From contig MU004186.1 of NCBI GenBank assembly GCA_010093605.1, positions 1,220,616-1,284,615 on the forward strand: 64,000 nucleotides of DNA, read 5' to 3'. Shown piece after piece: positions 11,997 through 24,925 of the stretch (positions are counted from its first letter, which is position 1; each line of letters begins with the position of its first letter). The DNA comes from Lophium mytilinum. Its lineage: Eukaryota. Made by a program: the position numbers and the translations under genes. Under the pieces are notes generated by a model that saw only the letters and a program-made list of their open reading frames with translations, searched no databases and was not told where the DNA came from.

Positions 11997-14827
11997 TCTA
12001 GCTAAGGTTAAGACTATTATTAACTAGCTATAGCTATAAAACCTCTATAATATATAAGCCTTTCTAGGTTTCTATAACTTCTACTAGCAATTTATTATTA
12101 CCTATTCTAATATTATAGGGCCCCTTATAAGACTTACTAGGGCTAAGGTCTATAAGTAGTTTACCTTTCTATAGTAGAAAGAAAGTTTAGAAGATTTCTC
12201 CTTTAAATAAATAAAGTAAGCGTTTATTAACGCTTCTTAGATAGCTTATTTTAATCTAGATCTAGAAATATAGATAGAATATAATACATTTAATACTATT
12301 ATAGCTACTATACTATCTTAAATATAGGCTAACGGCGTTCTTTATTCTATTGCGTTTATATTATATTAAATAAGTTTAGCCTAGCTTAACTATTAGATCT
12401 ATAATAAAGAACTACTAGTAATTATACGCGCTTTTAAAGAATAGTATACTAAGTTTACTAGTTATAGCTATAGTAATTCTATTAAAGTTCTCTTAAATTA
12501 TTAAACCCTATAATACTTTATAGAAACTAAGCAGCTTAACTAATAATAGGCTAGATAGGCTAAATTCCTCTCTAAGTTTAACTTCTATATTACTTATAGA
12601 CTAGGCAAGAATAATAGAAAGGCTAATTTACTAACTAGACGCCTAGGTAATATACTAGATAAGAATAATAAGCGCTATAAGATTTAGTAATAGACTATTC
12701 TTAAGAACTATAACCTAGAACTAGAAATGCGCTATACTATTAAACTAGCCTATATTATAACTAATAGTATTATCTATAATATAGTTTCTCTTATAGTAAT
12801 ATTATATAACCTTAGTAAAGTAGAACTTAATTAAGGGGAGTCTTAAAGTAACCTTAATAAAGAACTATAGAAGTTACTAACGCAGGGGGAGTTATAGAGT
12901 AACTCTAATAATAGTACTATAGAGTAAGATATACTAGATTATATATAAAAAGAACTATAAGAGTAAGATATTATAGATTATATATAAGACGCCCTTACTA
13001 ATAATATAGTTAGTAACGCTATTAAGGACGCTATTAGAGCTAAGCTACGCCGCCTGCCTACTAATATAGTTAAAAACTATAGTATTAAGCTTAAGCTCTA
13101 TAACTATATAATTTATAACGGCCTTATTTTTATTTAAAAGGACTATCTATACGTTTCTACCTAGAAGAAGCTCTAGTTAGCTATTATTAAGAGCCTCTAT
13201 AAGCCCCCTCTAGTTAGTTATAGTAGAATAATATCTATATATAATTGCGTCTCTATATACTACTTTTAGCTATAAATAATATCTAATATTAATTATTATA
13301 TTAAAGCCTATTAGCCTTACAATTAGATTAAATACGCGTATAATATAAAATAAGGCTTTCTTAAGCTACTTCTAATTTCTAAATAGTATTAGACTAATCT
13401 TATAGTTAATTTTATTAGACCCTTACTAATCTACTTATAATTTAGATAAGACTACTAATATATTATAGTAGTTATTAATAGGCTCTCTAAAATATGCAAG
13501 TTTATTCTAATAGTAATAATAGACGCTAAGAAAGTAGCCTAGGCCTTTCTAGAATAAATCTAGCGCATAGAAGGATACCTAGAATCTATTATATCTAATC
13601 GCGGATTATAATTTATATTAACTTTCTAGTTCTACCTATATAAACGTATTAGAATAAAGCTAAAGCTTTCTACTACTTTCTATTTTAAAATAGATAGATA
13701 AATGGAAATTGCTAATATAGGCCTTAAGTAGTACCTTAGAGCATATATTAACTACTAGTAAAATAACTAGTATAACTTTCTTACTATTACTAAGTTTAAG
13801 GCTAACTTATTAAAGAACACCTCTACTAGGGTAGCGCTCTTTATAGCTACTAAGGGCTATATTTCTAGTATAGGCACTATACTAGCTGCGTAATTACCTA
13901 AGAACGCCGCCGCGCTAATAATTTATCTTACTAAGCTTATAGATAAATTTATTACTAGAATAGATAAGCTACGCGCGTTTCTCCGCACTAAAATTAAATA
14001 GGCCTAAGCTAAGTAAAAGAAGTATACTAACGCTAAATAATAACCCGCTTATATATACTATCTAGGCAACTAAGTTATACTAGATAGACGCTTTATTAAA
14101 ATAACGCGCCTAAATAAGAAGCTTAACTTTAAGAAGTTAGGCCTCTTTAAAATTCTAGAGAGCTATAAAAATAGAAGCGCGTATAAGCTTAACCTACTAA
14201 AAGAAATAGAGAATATCTATTTAGTATTCTACCTATAGCTTCTCTATCTAGCTAACGCTATTTCTATAAAAGAATAATATAATTCTAAGCCTCCCTCTAT
14301 TAAAATAATACCTATATACTAGAAAGGTAATACTAAGAAAGTTATAGATAGCCGCCTAGATAGAAGACGTCTTAATTCTACTACTAGAAAAAGGGGCATA
14401 CTATAATATAAGATTAAGTTTATTAGATAGAATAATAAGCCCTAATAGAATAACTATAACTGCGCTAATAGCTATCTACACCTTATTATAGATTTCTACT
14501 ATAGATACCCTAAGAAACTAGGCCCTTACTTATTATTCTAACTACTATTAAACTAGAAGCTAACCTTAGCTACTATTCTTACTACTATAGACCTCCGTAT
14601 AACTAATATTATAGAAGCTATATAATTTAATTACTAGACTAGCGGTTAAATTAATTTATTAAGAAGGCCTAACCGCGGATATATATAATAATTAATGCGG
14701 AATAGTATAGATTATTATAAGTACCTAGTAGTAGGCTAGTAGCTATAAAGGCTATATAGCTTCTTATAGCCCTATTATAGCCGGCCCTAGTCTAGATAAA
14801 TAAGGCTACTAATAGTAATACTAAGTA

Positions 14828-14900
14828 TAGTAATACTATATATAGTAATACTATGCATAGTAATACTACGCGTAGTAATACTACGCGTAATAATACTACT
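14828..14900 (+). repeat. 15-bp tandem repeat (about 5 copies, TAGTAATACTACGCG) in the 3' UTR of the outer element
   Basis: Units tagtaatactatata / tagtaatactatgca / tagtaatactacgcg x2 / taataatactact, differing mainly by RIP-type transitions. Confidence 0.85.
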
Positions 14901-15130
14901 AAGCTTATAAAAGAAATACTGCACTAAATAGTAAGGCTATAGAATACTATATAAAAATAGAAAGGATAAGTAATCCTTTATAAATTAACCTATTTTCTTT
15001 ATTTACTTACAGCTATAGTATAATCTAGTATTTATTTAATAGATATTTAAGTAATTATAGATACTCTAGTATAGAAAGAACTCTCTCTTATAAAAGCTTT
15101 AATAGGGGGCTTTTTTAGAGGGGGGAGATA

Positions 15131-15331
15131 TATTATAGCTATATATTTATACTATAATATATAACTAGAGGTTATATAATAGAGGCTCTATAGAATAGGT
15201 AAATATTACTCCGCCCTTTAGATTATTATAATATCTATTCTAGAAACCTCTTCCTCTTTTATATTTATCTTTTATTAATATTAATACTATCTAATTTAAC
15301 AATTCTAATATTCTAACCTTAAGTCCTAATA
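15131..15331 (+). repeat. Probable 3' LTR of the outer element
   Basis: Follows the polypurine tract gaggggggagata; starts TATTA and has a matching TAATA end (RIPed TGTYA...TRACA). The partner LTR is not in the window, so the right end is uncertain. Confidence 0.45.
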
Positions 15332-16400
15332 GTAATTAACTTTCTAGATAGATTAGATAGAACTTTATATTTAAATAGAAGCGCTATAGTACTTTTCTAA
15401 AAGACCGCCTACTTTATATTAAGGGCTATAAATAATCTATTAAAAGAGAATATAAAGAAGTTATCTATATTATATATTTATATACTACCTTTACTATTTA
15501 AAGTATATAGTACTATAGTATAGAAAGTAATAGTATACTCTATCTAGTAGTTACTATTAGCCTATACCTTTATAACTAGCTTATTAAGTTCTAGCTTAAT
15601 ATTATTACTAGAGAGGCTAAACTATATTCTTATATCTACTATCTTACTATCTACCTTCTTCTTATTAATAAATAGCTAGAATAATAGGTTAATATTATAG
15701 TCTAGAGGACTAGTAGGTATTAGTAGTAATATTAATACTACGCGCTTATAGCGCGCTAGAGTACTAAAAGTAGAAGAGAATATAAAGAGTAGTACTCTAC
15801 CTCTATCTAGCAGTAATAATAGTAGCAGGCCTAGTATAAAGTTATAACTATTCTAGATCTCTTTATTTTATACTACTTCTTCTTACTACTATACTATTTT
15901 CTTTTACTATTACGCTACCTTCTTTTATACTGCGCGCTATCTATTTATTACCGCAGCCTTATATATAGCCTTTTTAGCTGCCTAAGCCTTATACTATAGT
16001 CTATTCTTTCTTTCTTTTACTATCTTAGCTAAAAGATTTATATCTAGTCTTATAGCGGCTTTAATAGTAGCTTAGCTATTATTAGAGTATATATACCTCT
16101 CTCTCTAGATAGTAGTCTATATATTCTCTAGCATAACTCTAAGTAATTCTATAAAAGTATCTACTCCTTCTCTTTCTTCTTTTTCTTCTCTTTCTCTACC
16201 TTCTCTAGCCGCTAGCGGGTCTCTAGAGCGTTAGGTATTATTATTAAAGATTATACCGCGTTAAAAATATTATAGTAGTACTAGAATACTAGAAATTATT
16301 AGTATATAAGCTCTAATATATATATAAGAGGCCTTACTAATAGCTAATATAGATATATTAAAAAGTAGTTAAAAATTAATATATAACCTATCTAATAATC
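15332..16400 (-). mobile_element. Unclassified RIP-degraded repeat remnant (a third element, host of the outer LTR element)
   Basis: RIP composition continues beyond the putative LTR. The minus strand reads like a charged E/K/R/Q-rich coding remnant, with no diagnostic domain recognised. Confidence 0.4.
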
Positions 16401-16477
16401 CCAGGCGCGCGCTCACAAAATTAGGGGGGGTGCACGGAGAAAAACGCCAAGGAATGTACTCCGTTTTGAATACGACA

Positions 16478-16730
16478 AATGTCATTGCGTCTTGGTTTGT
16501 CTAGGGCCCATCTTGACAGTTTGAGAAAGACCAACCTGCTTATGCACGCATAGAAGAAGCCAAGGAGACCGCGCTCTGCTTGACAGTTTTACCCTGGTAG
16601 CCTATGAAGGGCAGCAGTGCGGTAGTTAAAAGGACAAACTATCAGCCTCATCAACGGCTTAGCGGCACAGCGAAGCAATAACATGCGATGTCAATTAGTG
16701 GTCCTACGACTTCCCATTAAACTTTCAAAC
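16478..16730 (+). repeat. Diverged direct repeat, copy 1
   Basis: Shares the blocks tcttggtttg, cctgcttat, catagaagaagccaag, ctgcttgacagttttaccctgg and gaagggcagc.gtgcggt, in order, with 20,289-20,540. Confidence 0.85.
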
Positions 16731-16776
16731 CAATTATCTGCTGCTGGGTCTAGGGTCCACTCCGTCCTCACAAGCC

Positions 16777-17894
16777 TCACACGAACCCCCTCGGCAGCGC
16801 CATAGACATTGGCTGCATCCCATCCTCCAAGCCGCTTCGCGAATTCTTCCTCTCCCTCACGCCTTCTTCCCTACCACCCCTCTTCGCATTCTCATCCAAC
16901 GCCTCGATCGTCTGGATGTAATTATATCCCGCTACAGCCGTACAAACATGCCACCACCCATGCAACTCAAACACCCAACTCATGGGCATCCCAATTCTGT
17001 GCCGCAACTCGCGCATGGAAGCACACGTATGGAAATCTAGCTGCCACAGTGCGTACCCAACGAGGAACAAGAGGATACCCGTCATGTAGAGCCGTCTTAG
17101 TCGCTGCTTAAGCTTGTTTGCGCGCACGCGCTCGACTCGGACCATGAGTAAGACGGTGACGAAGGCAAGCATGCTGACGAACGAGATTTGGTGGAGGAAG
17201 GTGTTCTTCGATGTGATGAAGTTGAGGGTGTTGATGGTTTCGAGGAGGAGGGTGAGGGAGGCTAGGATGCGGCGGCGGGATGCTGGGAGGAATGGGGAGA
17301 GGGAGTAGTAGAAGAGGGCGCTGGCGAAGATGTGCATGGTGAGTTGATCGGCTGGGTGGTATTGGTTAGCGAGTGCGCCGTGGTGAGAGGGGAATATGAG
17401 TGTAGATAGGAGTGGACGTGGCTTGAGAGGAAGAAAAGACGTACCAACTTGTGCGTTGTATTTCAGTGTTGCGTGGTTCCATGACGATGCTAGACCGACG
17501 AGGGAGAAGGTCAAGTAGAGTCTCCAGGTCGAGTGGCTGGCGTAATAGCTACGAAGAGCGAGGGCGACTGGTGGTAAGGTAAGCGTTGGGTTTATGCTTG
17601 AGGAAGAGACCCCAGAGGATGTATCCGAAAGCGCATTGATGAGACTTACTATAAGCTAGGCTTGTTATTGTATTCGTAAACTCAGCGATGAAGGGTGAGA
17701 CAATGTATTTCTGCGGTAACTGAGCATTCTGAGCAGTGGAGAAGTTGGTTGTGACTAACCTCCTCACAAAAACTGAAACTAATCGCATCTCGGGGTTGGA
17801 AGGCAAAGGTGCATTGGAAATGAGAGTTTATCTCATGTTCATTATCCCCCCAATAGTATGGGTATGCAGACTCACTGAATGAGTGGTTCAGCAT
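16777..17894 (-). CDS. Alkaline ceramidase family protein (Ypc1/Ydc1-like, CREST superfamily), spliced
   Basis: YYWG...FCEE, KYIVSPFIAEFTNT, SSWNHATLKY, ADQLTM and ELHGWWH motifs, several hydrophobic helices, GT-AG introns. Start could be 17,915. Confidence 0.85.
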
Positions 17895-19695
17895 TGCGAG
17901 AGCTGGGATGCGCATAGAAAAGAAAGAGAACAAGGAATGGAGAGCGAAAAGGCTTGAGGCTGTATGAATATCACATCTAGTCAATCCGATCTATTAGTCC
18001 TCCATGTACACGAATTTTAGTGGAGTGTCCTAGAGTAAGGCGCGACGTCAGAGAACCGTGGCGGGGGCTTGGGATCTACTTGGCCTAGTAGTTCCCCTGA
18101 CACGTCAATCAGCCCGTAGAAATCAATTTCTTTCGTCTATTTAAGCTACATGTTGTCGTTATGGAGTGCTAGAGGGCTATTGTTGATGAGGCTGGAATAC
18201 GAAGTACGTGATGGTGCGATTCTATTGGCGCAATGACTTTCACCTTACCTCTTTAGGATAAGCGCGATTGAACTCACTCATGTCAACCTTGGAATCTGGC
18301 CTAAAATAGTTCAATCCAGAAGCTAATTAATCCAATCAACCAAACTCAATTCTATATATAACAGCTATCTAGTTGAGCCCGCCACCCATTTATCAACCTC
18401 GCTGGCCGCATAGAGAAGACTCTTCAGACGCCGACTTCCCAGAAGTACAACAGATAAGGTAGAGACTTTATACGATTGCCCCTCTTAGCTTTCATCACTT
18501 TCATACTTTTGATTATATCCGAAAGAAGGGATTTCATCAGTCTCATGCTTTCGGTTTCCTCATGCGAGTTTTAGCGGGAATGGTCAAACTCAGCCTTGTG
18601 ATAACTGAGCAGCGAAGCCACCGTGTTTGCACCGCCCAGTCGATAGTCGCCATTCTTGATATTCCAAAGCCGCTCTTCAATTCGATACTCTAACGGCAGC
18701 GCAGTGGCGCCACAACGCCGTTGGATCCAGCTGAGGAGAGCTAGCGCTTGCCATCACCGCCTGTGGTCAAGCGTTGAGGCTGTTAACCTTCAGCCCTCGT
18801 GTTCAGCTCCGGGCCCTTCTATCTGTGCAGTAATTTGTACGCTGAGCACCACCGTAAGGAGAAATAAACATGCCGGTGTCAGGAGCATCTTTCCAGTTAT
18901 TCGGCTTGAGGTCCTCCGTATCCCTTGGCCCGTCGCATTTGGTTCTACGATATCGAGAAGGATACAACCAATAGGAACCTTCGAGTGATTAGAGCTGCAG
19001 CGAAATACTTGGGCAACATATACCCTCTAGGCTTTCCGTACACTAGCCTAGCACCGCTTGGGGTTCTGTAGTACATTATATGAGATCGGAAAAGGACAGT
19101 TTTAACAAAACCAAAAGCCGTGCAGGCCACCTCGTGCAGGCCACCTCAAACGGTGGCAGACTGTCCCTTTACACAGTGTGTTCGAAAAAAATCCGAGCGT
19201 TGCGCCACGATGGTGCAAGGGATACTCTACAGCCTCTGGACGCATGTGGTGGTTACGGTGTTATAATGGCTTTTAATCCCTGAAAAAGACTGCTTTGAAC
19301 CAATGAGCTCGATCTAATGGAGCACCCGTCCTGTGTGTCGTAGAAAGCCACCTGTACACTAACCACAGGATGTGTCTAGGGGCTGTAGTCATAGATAGAC
19401 GCTACTCTAAGTACGCTTGTCGATCCCCTAAACTCAAGAGAGTAGTGACATGGGGTTTAGCTGAAATGTCAGGCCGATTCAAGTGCGGGCGGTTGATCTG
19501 ATAGGCTGAAAATTCATGCTTGAATAGCGTGCCGAGAGCGGCGTCTCTCTGCTGCCACCTAGGTAGAGTATACGGTAGCGAGGCACGCCTGATTGATGAG
19601 CTTTGTTAGGGGTATAGCTGAGTGTTTCTGCTTTCCTCAAGCTTCCATTGAATCCTAAGAGTGTTTTTCTTCATTTTCTTCTTTGGACAGGCTGG

Positions 19696-20031
19696 CTAGT
19701 CAAAGTGGAACGTTGCGGCGCTTTTCGAGCTGGAGGGAACGGTGTCGGTTCGGCGCTTTGCTTTCGGTTCGTAGTATGCTCCATCTCTGCGAGAATTTTG
19801 GAAATCGCTGTTTTGGGAGGATAATGCGGCCCATCTAGTTGTGAGCTCGCCGAAATGGATGAAGTTTCCAGCGTCGATGTGCTGCCAGTTAGTGCAGGGC
19901 TCTTTGTTTTGGACTAGGTATCTGTTGATAAGCCGGTCAAGTTCTGGTGACTTACTTGCAAGTAGGGCGCTGTCGGTCGTGAACTCGATCTTCTCCAGTC
20001 CCTCGAGCACCTTGAAACTGTTTGACAACAT
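19696..20031 (-). pseudogene. Degenerate BTB/POZ-domain gene fragment
   Basis: FKVLEGLEKIEFTTDSALLASKSPELDRLIN...CTNWQHIDAGNFIHFGE resembles the fungal BTB pattern F.F.VG....F.IH.ALL...SP.L..L.N...W..VD...F..F. No ATG start or intact continuation found. Confidence 0.5.
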
Positions 20032-20288
20032 GGGAACAAGCTGGCGAGGACAAGGCTGATGTTGACAGAGGAGGAAGAGAGAGCTATGATGCTGTTGCCG
20101 TTTGTTTACATCATCGGTTCCGTCTGAGATGGTTTTGAGAATTCCAAGTAGATGGAGTATTTGTCAATTAGAACCTATAGCCCGTTCGAAGCCTTCGCTG
20201 TCAAATACTTCCAGAACATCCGGATTACCCCCACATGCATGCTCGGCACCGAGATACAGGGGGAGACACAGGGGAAAGCTACCCTTGT

Positions 20289-20540
20289 AATGTCGCTGCA
20301 TCTTGGTTTGCCCTGGACATTTTGACAAAGACCGGCCTGCTTATTCACCCATAGAAGAAGCCAAGCCTGCTTGACAGTTTTACCCTGGGAAGGGCAGCGG
20401 TGCGGTCGTGAATCGGCACACTACGAGCCTTGTCGTTGCTGACAGCACGCGCTGGTGGCGTTTTCGATGGCTTAGCGATGCAATGACCTGCAATGTGAAT
20501 GGCCGAGGCAACGAGTATTTGCATTCCTGCAAACTTCAAG
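20289..20540 (+). repeat. Diverged direct repeat, copy 2 (upstream of the DUF4336 gene)
   Basis: Colinear with 16,478-16,730 apart from small indels. Confidence 0.85.
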
Positions 20541-20793
20541 GCAAAGGTGCAGAATGAGGCTTGATCGCAACGACGGTGATTACATAGTGGGCTGATGGAG
20601 TGAGGGGATAAATAAAGCAGTGACCCCTCGAACAATCCAGGCCTCATCCATCTGATAATCCCACAAGCTTCCGTCTTCAGCAACGTCATCATTTCGTTTC
20701 ATCCGCTTAACTTAAAGCTCCAAGTTTCCGAAGCTTTTCGACAACAACCTTTGTTCTAACTCGCACCTACAATCCGTATCACTCCCAATCAAC

Positions 20794-21712
20794 ATGTCCG
20801 ACAAACTTGTTCCCAAAGACCCGGCGAAGGTCATGGTCACTCGCCAAGTTGTCCCAAATGTCATTACCACCTTCTCCGTGCCATTTCTACGGTTTGGTAG
20901 GATAAAGGTTGGCGGAAGGGGCACAGTAGGTCAGTGATAGCCAGAGCACCTTTGCGCGCAGTGTTCTAGTTTGCTAACTCCTCTTAGTCCGGCTCCGATC
21001 TGGTGCCGTTGCCGTCTTCTCTCCCGTCGCATTGACAGATGAGGTCAAAGCAACCGTTGCATCGCTTGGTGAAGTCAAGTACATCGCCGCACTCGATGTC
21101 GAGGTAAGGACTTCTAAGACTCCCGATCTCCTGCATGAAGCTAACAATACACAGCACCATATCTTCCTTGGTCCATGGCACGCAGCTTATCCTAACGCCA
21201 AGGTCCTCGGGCCCGAGGGCCTGCTAGAGAAGCGTACGAAGCAGAAGAATGAGGATGTCCCGTTCAGCGTGATATTCACTGCCAACAAGCCGACCACCGT
21301 GGACCCCGAATTCGACTCTGAGTTCCAATACGAGTTCGTAGCCGCCCATGCGAACAAGGAGATCGTCTTCAACCATAAGCCCACCAAGACCATGATCGAG
21401 GCCGACTACATCTTCAACCTACCCGCAAACGAACAGTACAGCAAGGCCGGCGGGCACGCATCCGACGGCATCCTGACGAAGTTCTTCAAGGCCATAAACA
21501 ACACACAGGGCGCTGCGATGGGGCAGAGGAGGTTCATCTGGTATGCCATCAGCTCTGGAGATAGGAAGGGGTACGCGGCGAGTGCTGCGAAGATCAATGA
21601 GTGGGATTTCGAGCGCATCATTCCATGTCACGGGGACGTAATTGAGAGCGGCGGCAAGGGTATCTTCCAAAAGATATTGGCGTGGCATTTGGAGGCTAGC
21701 AAGTCGAAGTAG
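20794..21712 (+). CDS. DUF4336 family protein (metallo-beta-lactamase-like), 3 exons
   Basis: MSDKLVPKDPAKVMV...PFLRFGRIKVGGRGT, FSPVALT, EHHIFLGPW..AYP.A, EIVFNHKPTKTMIEAD and WDFERIIPCHGDVIE. Introns at ~20,930-20,987 and ~21,104-21,154. Confidence 0.85.
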
Positions 21713-22079
21713 GAGCATGCTGCTTTTGCTGGTTCTCGTCTTTCGAAGTTCCTTGGCGGTTCTATGGCCTATTTCCATTATGAGATACCTTTGTACTAGT
21801 TTGAAAGTAATAATAATTTGTTGTCTTTCTCAACTACGTTACTGCAAGTGGCCGGCGTAAACGAGAGATGCCTTTACTAATGAAGTCAATATCATGGTTA
21901 CTGTTTCTTAAAGCAACGTTTCAGTGTTAGGTCGTATGAGTGCATTTATAGTTTGGTGAAACTCGTGAGCACGAGCCTTGTCGGAGGTGCGATCCTTCTC
22001 CGCAATTGCTCCAGAGACGACGACGACTGCGCTCAGCAACAACCTCCTGGGAGCTATGGACGACAGATAACATACAGCG

Positions 22080-24925
22080 ATGGACTTCGTAAGCCTGCCA
22101 ATTGCTCTACGCCCGAGTTGCCATACTGACAAGCTCCCGACAGTGGTCACGATTGATTGGGGGCACTCCCAAGAAGCAGGCCGCGTCGAACAACCCCCAG
22201 CAGCGTCTGGCACGCTTCAAGAGGGTATATAATGAAATACTGGTTCGCTCCACTATCCCAACCCAGGGTAGGACCTAGCATTAATGAAGTGCAGCAAACG
22301 TGGCACAAAACCTCTTCCTTCGCCTCCGACGCTCAAGCTATAGCGGCGATACGGACCTGCTTTCAGCGCCTCACCTCTATCCTCAACGACGAATCGCGAT
22401 CGCCAGCACCCCACCTCTGCCTTTCCTTTGCATCCTCCTCCCAAATCTATAATGCTGTATCCAAGATCGCGTCCACCGCTTACAATGAGGGTGTGGTCAG
22501 AGATGGGGTTGCTCTATTTGGAGCGCTCCTCGACAGCGAGGAAGAAGACTTCCTCGAGAACGACCAATTCGCACAATCCCTCATGAACTTTATCGGGAGA
22601 ATTGTCGGCTCTGGAAGTATGGTAGTCGGGGAGGATACAGAAGCTGAGATCGTGGAGCTCCTGTTTGGAATATCTGCAAAGATCAGGCTACAGCCGGAGA
22701 TACTACCAGTATGGTTCACCTCTAGTGCAAGTGACTCGCAAGGACGGTCGGTAAACCCGAAGGTTGATTTCGCTGGTCTCACCCAGAAAGAGGACTTTCC
22801 TTTGTGCTACCAGTTGATCGACCACGTACATCATGAAGGCCGCATAGGAGACTTTGCGCGGACCGGCTTATTATATATCTTTGAGTCCGCATCGAAATCT
22901 CAGGACTTAGAGCAATGGATTGTGGGCAGTGATCTCCCGACGCTCATGGCGAGTGGACTCGGGGCACTTTACAGTCAACTAAGCAGGTATGTCTGCATCA
23001 TGTACAACGTAGATTATATGTTGACCAAGACTAGGAAACTATCAATCCTGCATCCAGCAAAAGACTTGCCGATCATTTTAACCCTTTCGGATTATAACGA
23101 AATGCAAAGCTCTGCACAAGCCGAAAGTCTGTTTTCTCCCGAGTTCACGATTCATATGGATACTTTTCTCTCGTATTTAACATTCTGGCAAGACGTACTA
23201 GAGCATTGCAGGTCTATTGACGTAAGACATACTTTGATAGACCATTTCCAAGTCTTATTTTTGCAGCAACTACTGTGAGTCCAATCCAGTATCGCAACAA
23301 GCGTTTGTTAACGGTATGGCAGATACCCTTCTTTACTAGAGTCTTCAGATATGGACGGCGGCTCCTCCGTTGCAGTTTTAACCTATCTTCGCCGCATACT
23401 GGACGCCCTTGACCATCCCGAACTGGTTCATATGATATTACACTATTTGCTAGCTCTTCCTGAATCCTCAGATAGGAGGCCGCGGACACCGCGATCACCA
23501 GTGGCGCTTCAACGGCGCAAATCTTTGATGCTGCTTTCCCAGCCCGACAATGACGACGACAGAATGAATCCTTCGCTCTTCAATCTAGTAGATCTAATTC
23601 TTACTAGTGCGGATTCAAAGAACCCGCAGACAGTCATCTCAGCACTGAAGTTGATGACCGTCATTCTCAGCAAAAATCACAGCTATGCCGTTGGGACTTT
23701 GTTGAAAGTCTTGGATATCCATCACATAGAGCCGCAACGAACAGTTGGCGCCTTGGATGCTGAAATGGAGGCATACCTGTCACTTGCAACATCTATCGCC
23801 GGCGAAGCAGGGCTAGACGAAGCGTATGACAGTCATCTCAAAGACACTCTTTCCCATCTGGAAAGCCATCCATGCTCTGTTCGAATGTTATCACTAGCCG
23901 ACGCCGGGCTGCATAGTCCCGACTTCTTCGCAATCGACGGACCACGTGAGGTTAATTTACACTACATTCTGCCTGAAGACCCTCTACTCCGGTCTTTGCT
24001 GCACCTGCTCTCACAATTCTTCACGAACGACGTGGAAACCAATCTTGCTATAACAGAAGCGTTTTGTCAATTAGGGGCATGTGCCAAGTTACGTTTGGAG
24101 GGATGGCTCTCGGTCGAGCCGTCAAGATACCAGTTTTCTCCGGAATCAGAGCAAGAGCAAGAAGAGGAATCGGCAGAGGACTTCAACCACGACATCCACT
24201 TAGCCAACCGACACCCAAAATGGACCTCTCAGAGCGCGCCAGCCCTTCTTTCGTGCCTGTCCTTGCTCCAGTCCCAGATCGAGGTCATGCGCACGGACAT
24301 CCCCGATTTCGAACAACATCTCGCAAATCGAAAACAAGCTTTTCGGGTACACGAGGAAATTACAGAAGCAATGAAGTCGACGACATCTCAGTCGAAATCT
24401 ACTCGTCCCTCCACTGAGCTCCCAACGGGGACTTGGACTCCTCAAATACCGAAGCACGTCCTCGAGAGCTCGGCGACGCCGTCAAGGTCCCAGTCGCCCA
24501 GAGGCCGAAAAGAAGGATTAGATCCCACTGGGTCACCAACTCCTTCGTCCCGGCTCGGAGGCCAGACCCTTATTGGGTCGCCCGCACCCTCACGCGGTCT
24601 TAGCCCTATGCCTGCGCCTAAAGGCCAGCGCCAAACAACCCTGATGGCGGATGTCTTCAGCAACCTAGCTGAGGTCGCAGATGCGGAGGCGCTCAAGCAA
24701 CGAATAACGTTTCGAAGGCGATCAAGCGACGACAGGTTCGAAGTAGTGCCGAAACTTGCGCCAGAGGAGCCCCAGGATGGTGAAGAGAAGGGCGAAGAAG
24801 AGGTCAAGGACGCTAGTTTAGGCCATGTGCTCACGAACGTTGTAATTCTGCAAGAGTTTGTGTTGGAGCTTGCCGCACTGCTGCAAGTGAGGGCGAGTCT
24901 TTTTGAAGAGGTGAGGTTTGCTTAG
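22080..24925 (+). CDS. FHIP / RAI16-like (FAM160) protein, FTS-Hook-interacting family, multi-exon
   Basis: Spliced start MDF|WSRLIGG; HHEGRIGDFARTGLLYI, MASGLGALYSQLSR, FFTNDVETNLA and C-terminal HVLTNVVILQEFVLELAALLQVRASLF. Confidence 0.9.

Larger units (their letters stand above)
1..15331 (+). mobile_element. Outer Ty3/Gypsy (chromovirus) LTR retrotransposon, RIP-inactivated; 5' end outside the window; interrupted by a nested element
   Basis: De-RIPed translation gives RT motifs (tat ctt aat aat = YLDD at 815-826; PFGL.N.P.TF; VKYLG.II). After the insertion come RNase H (~12,200-12,650), integrase (~13,200-13,900) and a chromodomain (~14,320-14,530, ending FH.RYP.KPGP-like). A polypurine tract lies at ~15,104-15,130. 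Confidence 0.85.
1..16400. other. AT-rich, RIP-mutated transposon island
   Basis: Seen: extreme TpA excess, near absence of CpA/TpG, almost no ORFs, and an abrupt return to normal composition at ~16,400. Established: this is the signature of RIP in ascomycetes. Confidence 0.95.

Noticed and set aside
14828..14900. Short repeats as a CRISPR-like array
   Set aside because: No spacers, eukaryotic context, no cas genes; a simple tandem repeat.
16421..16430. TTAGGG-like telomere seed
   Set aside because: Single occurrence within a G run; no array.
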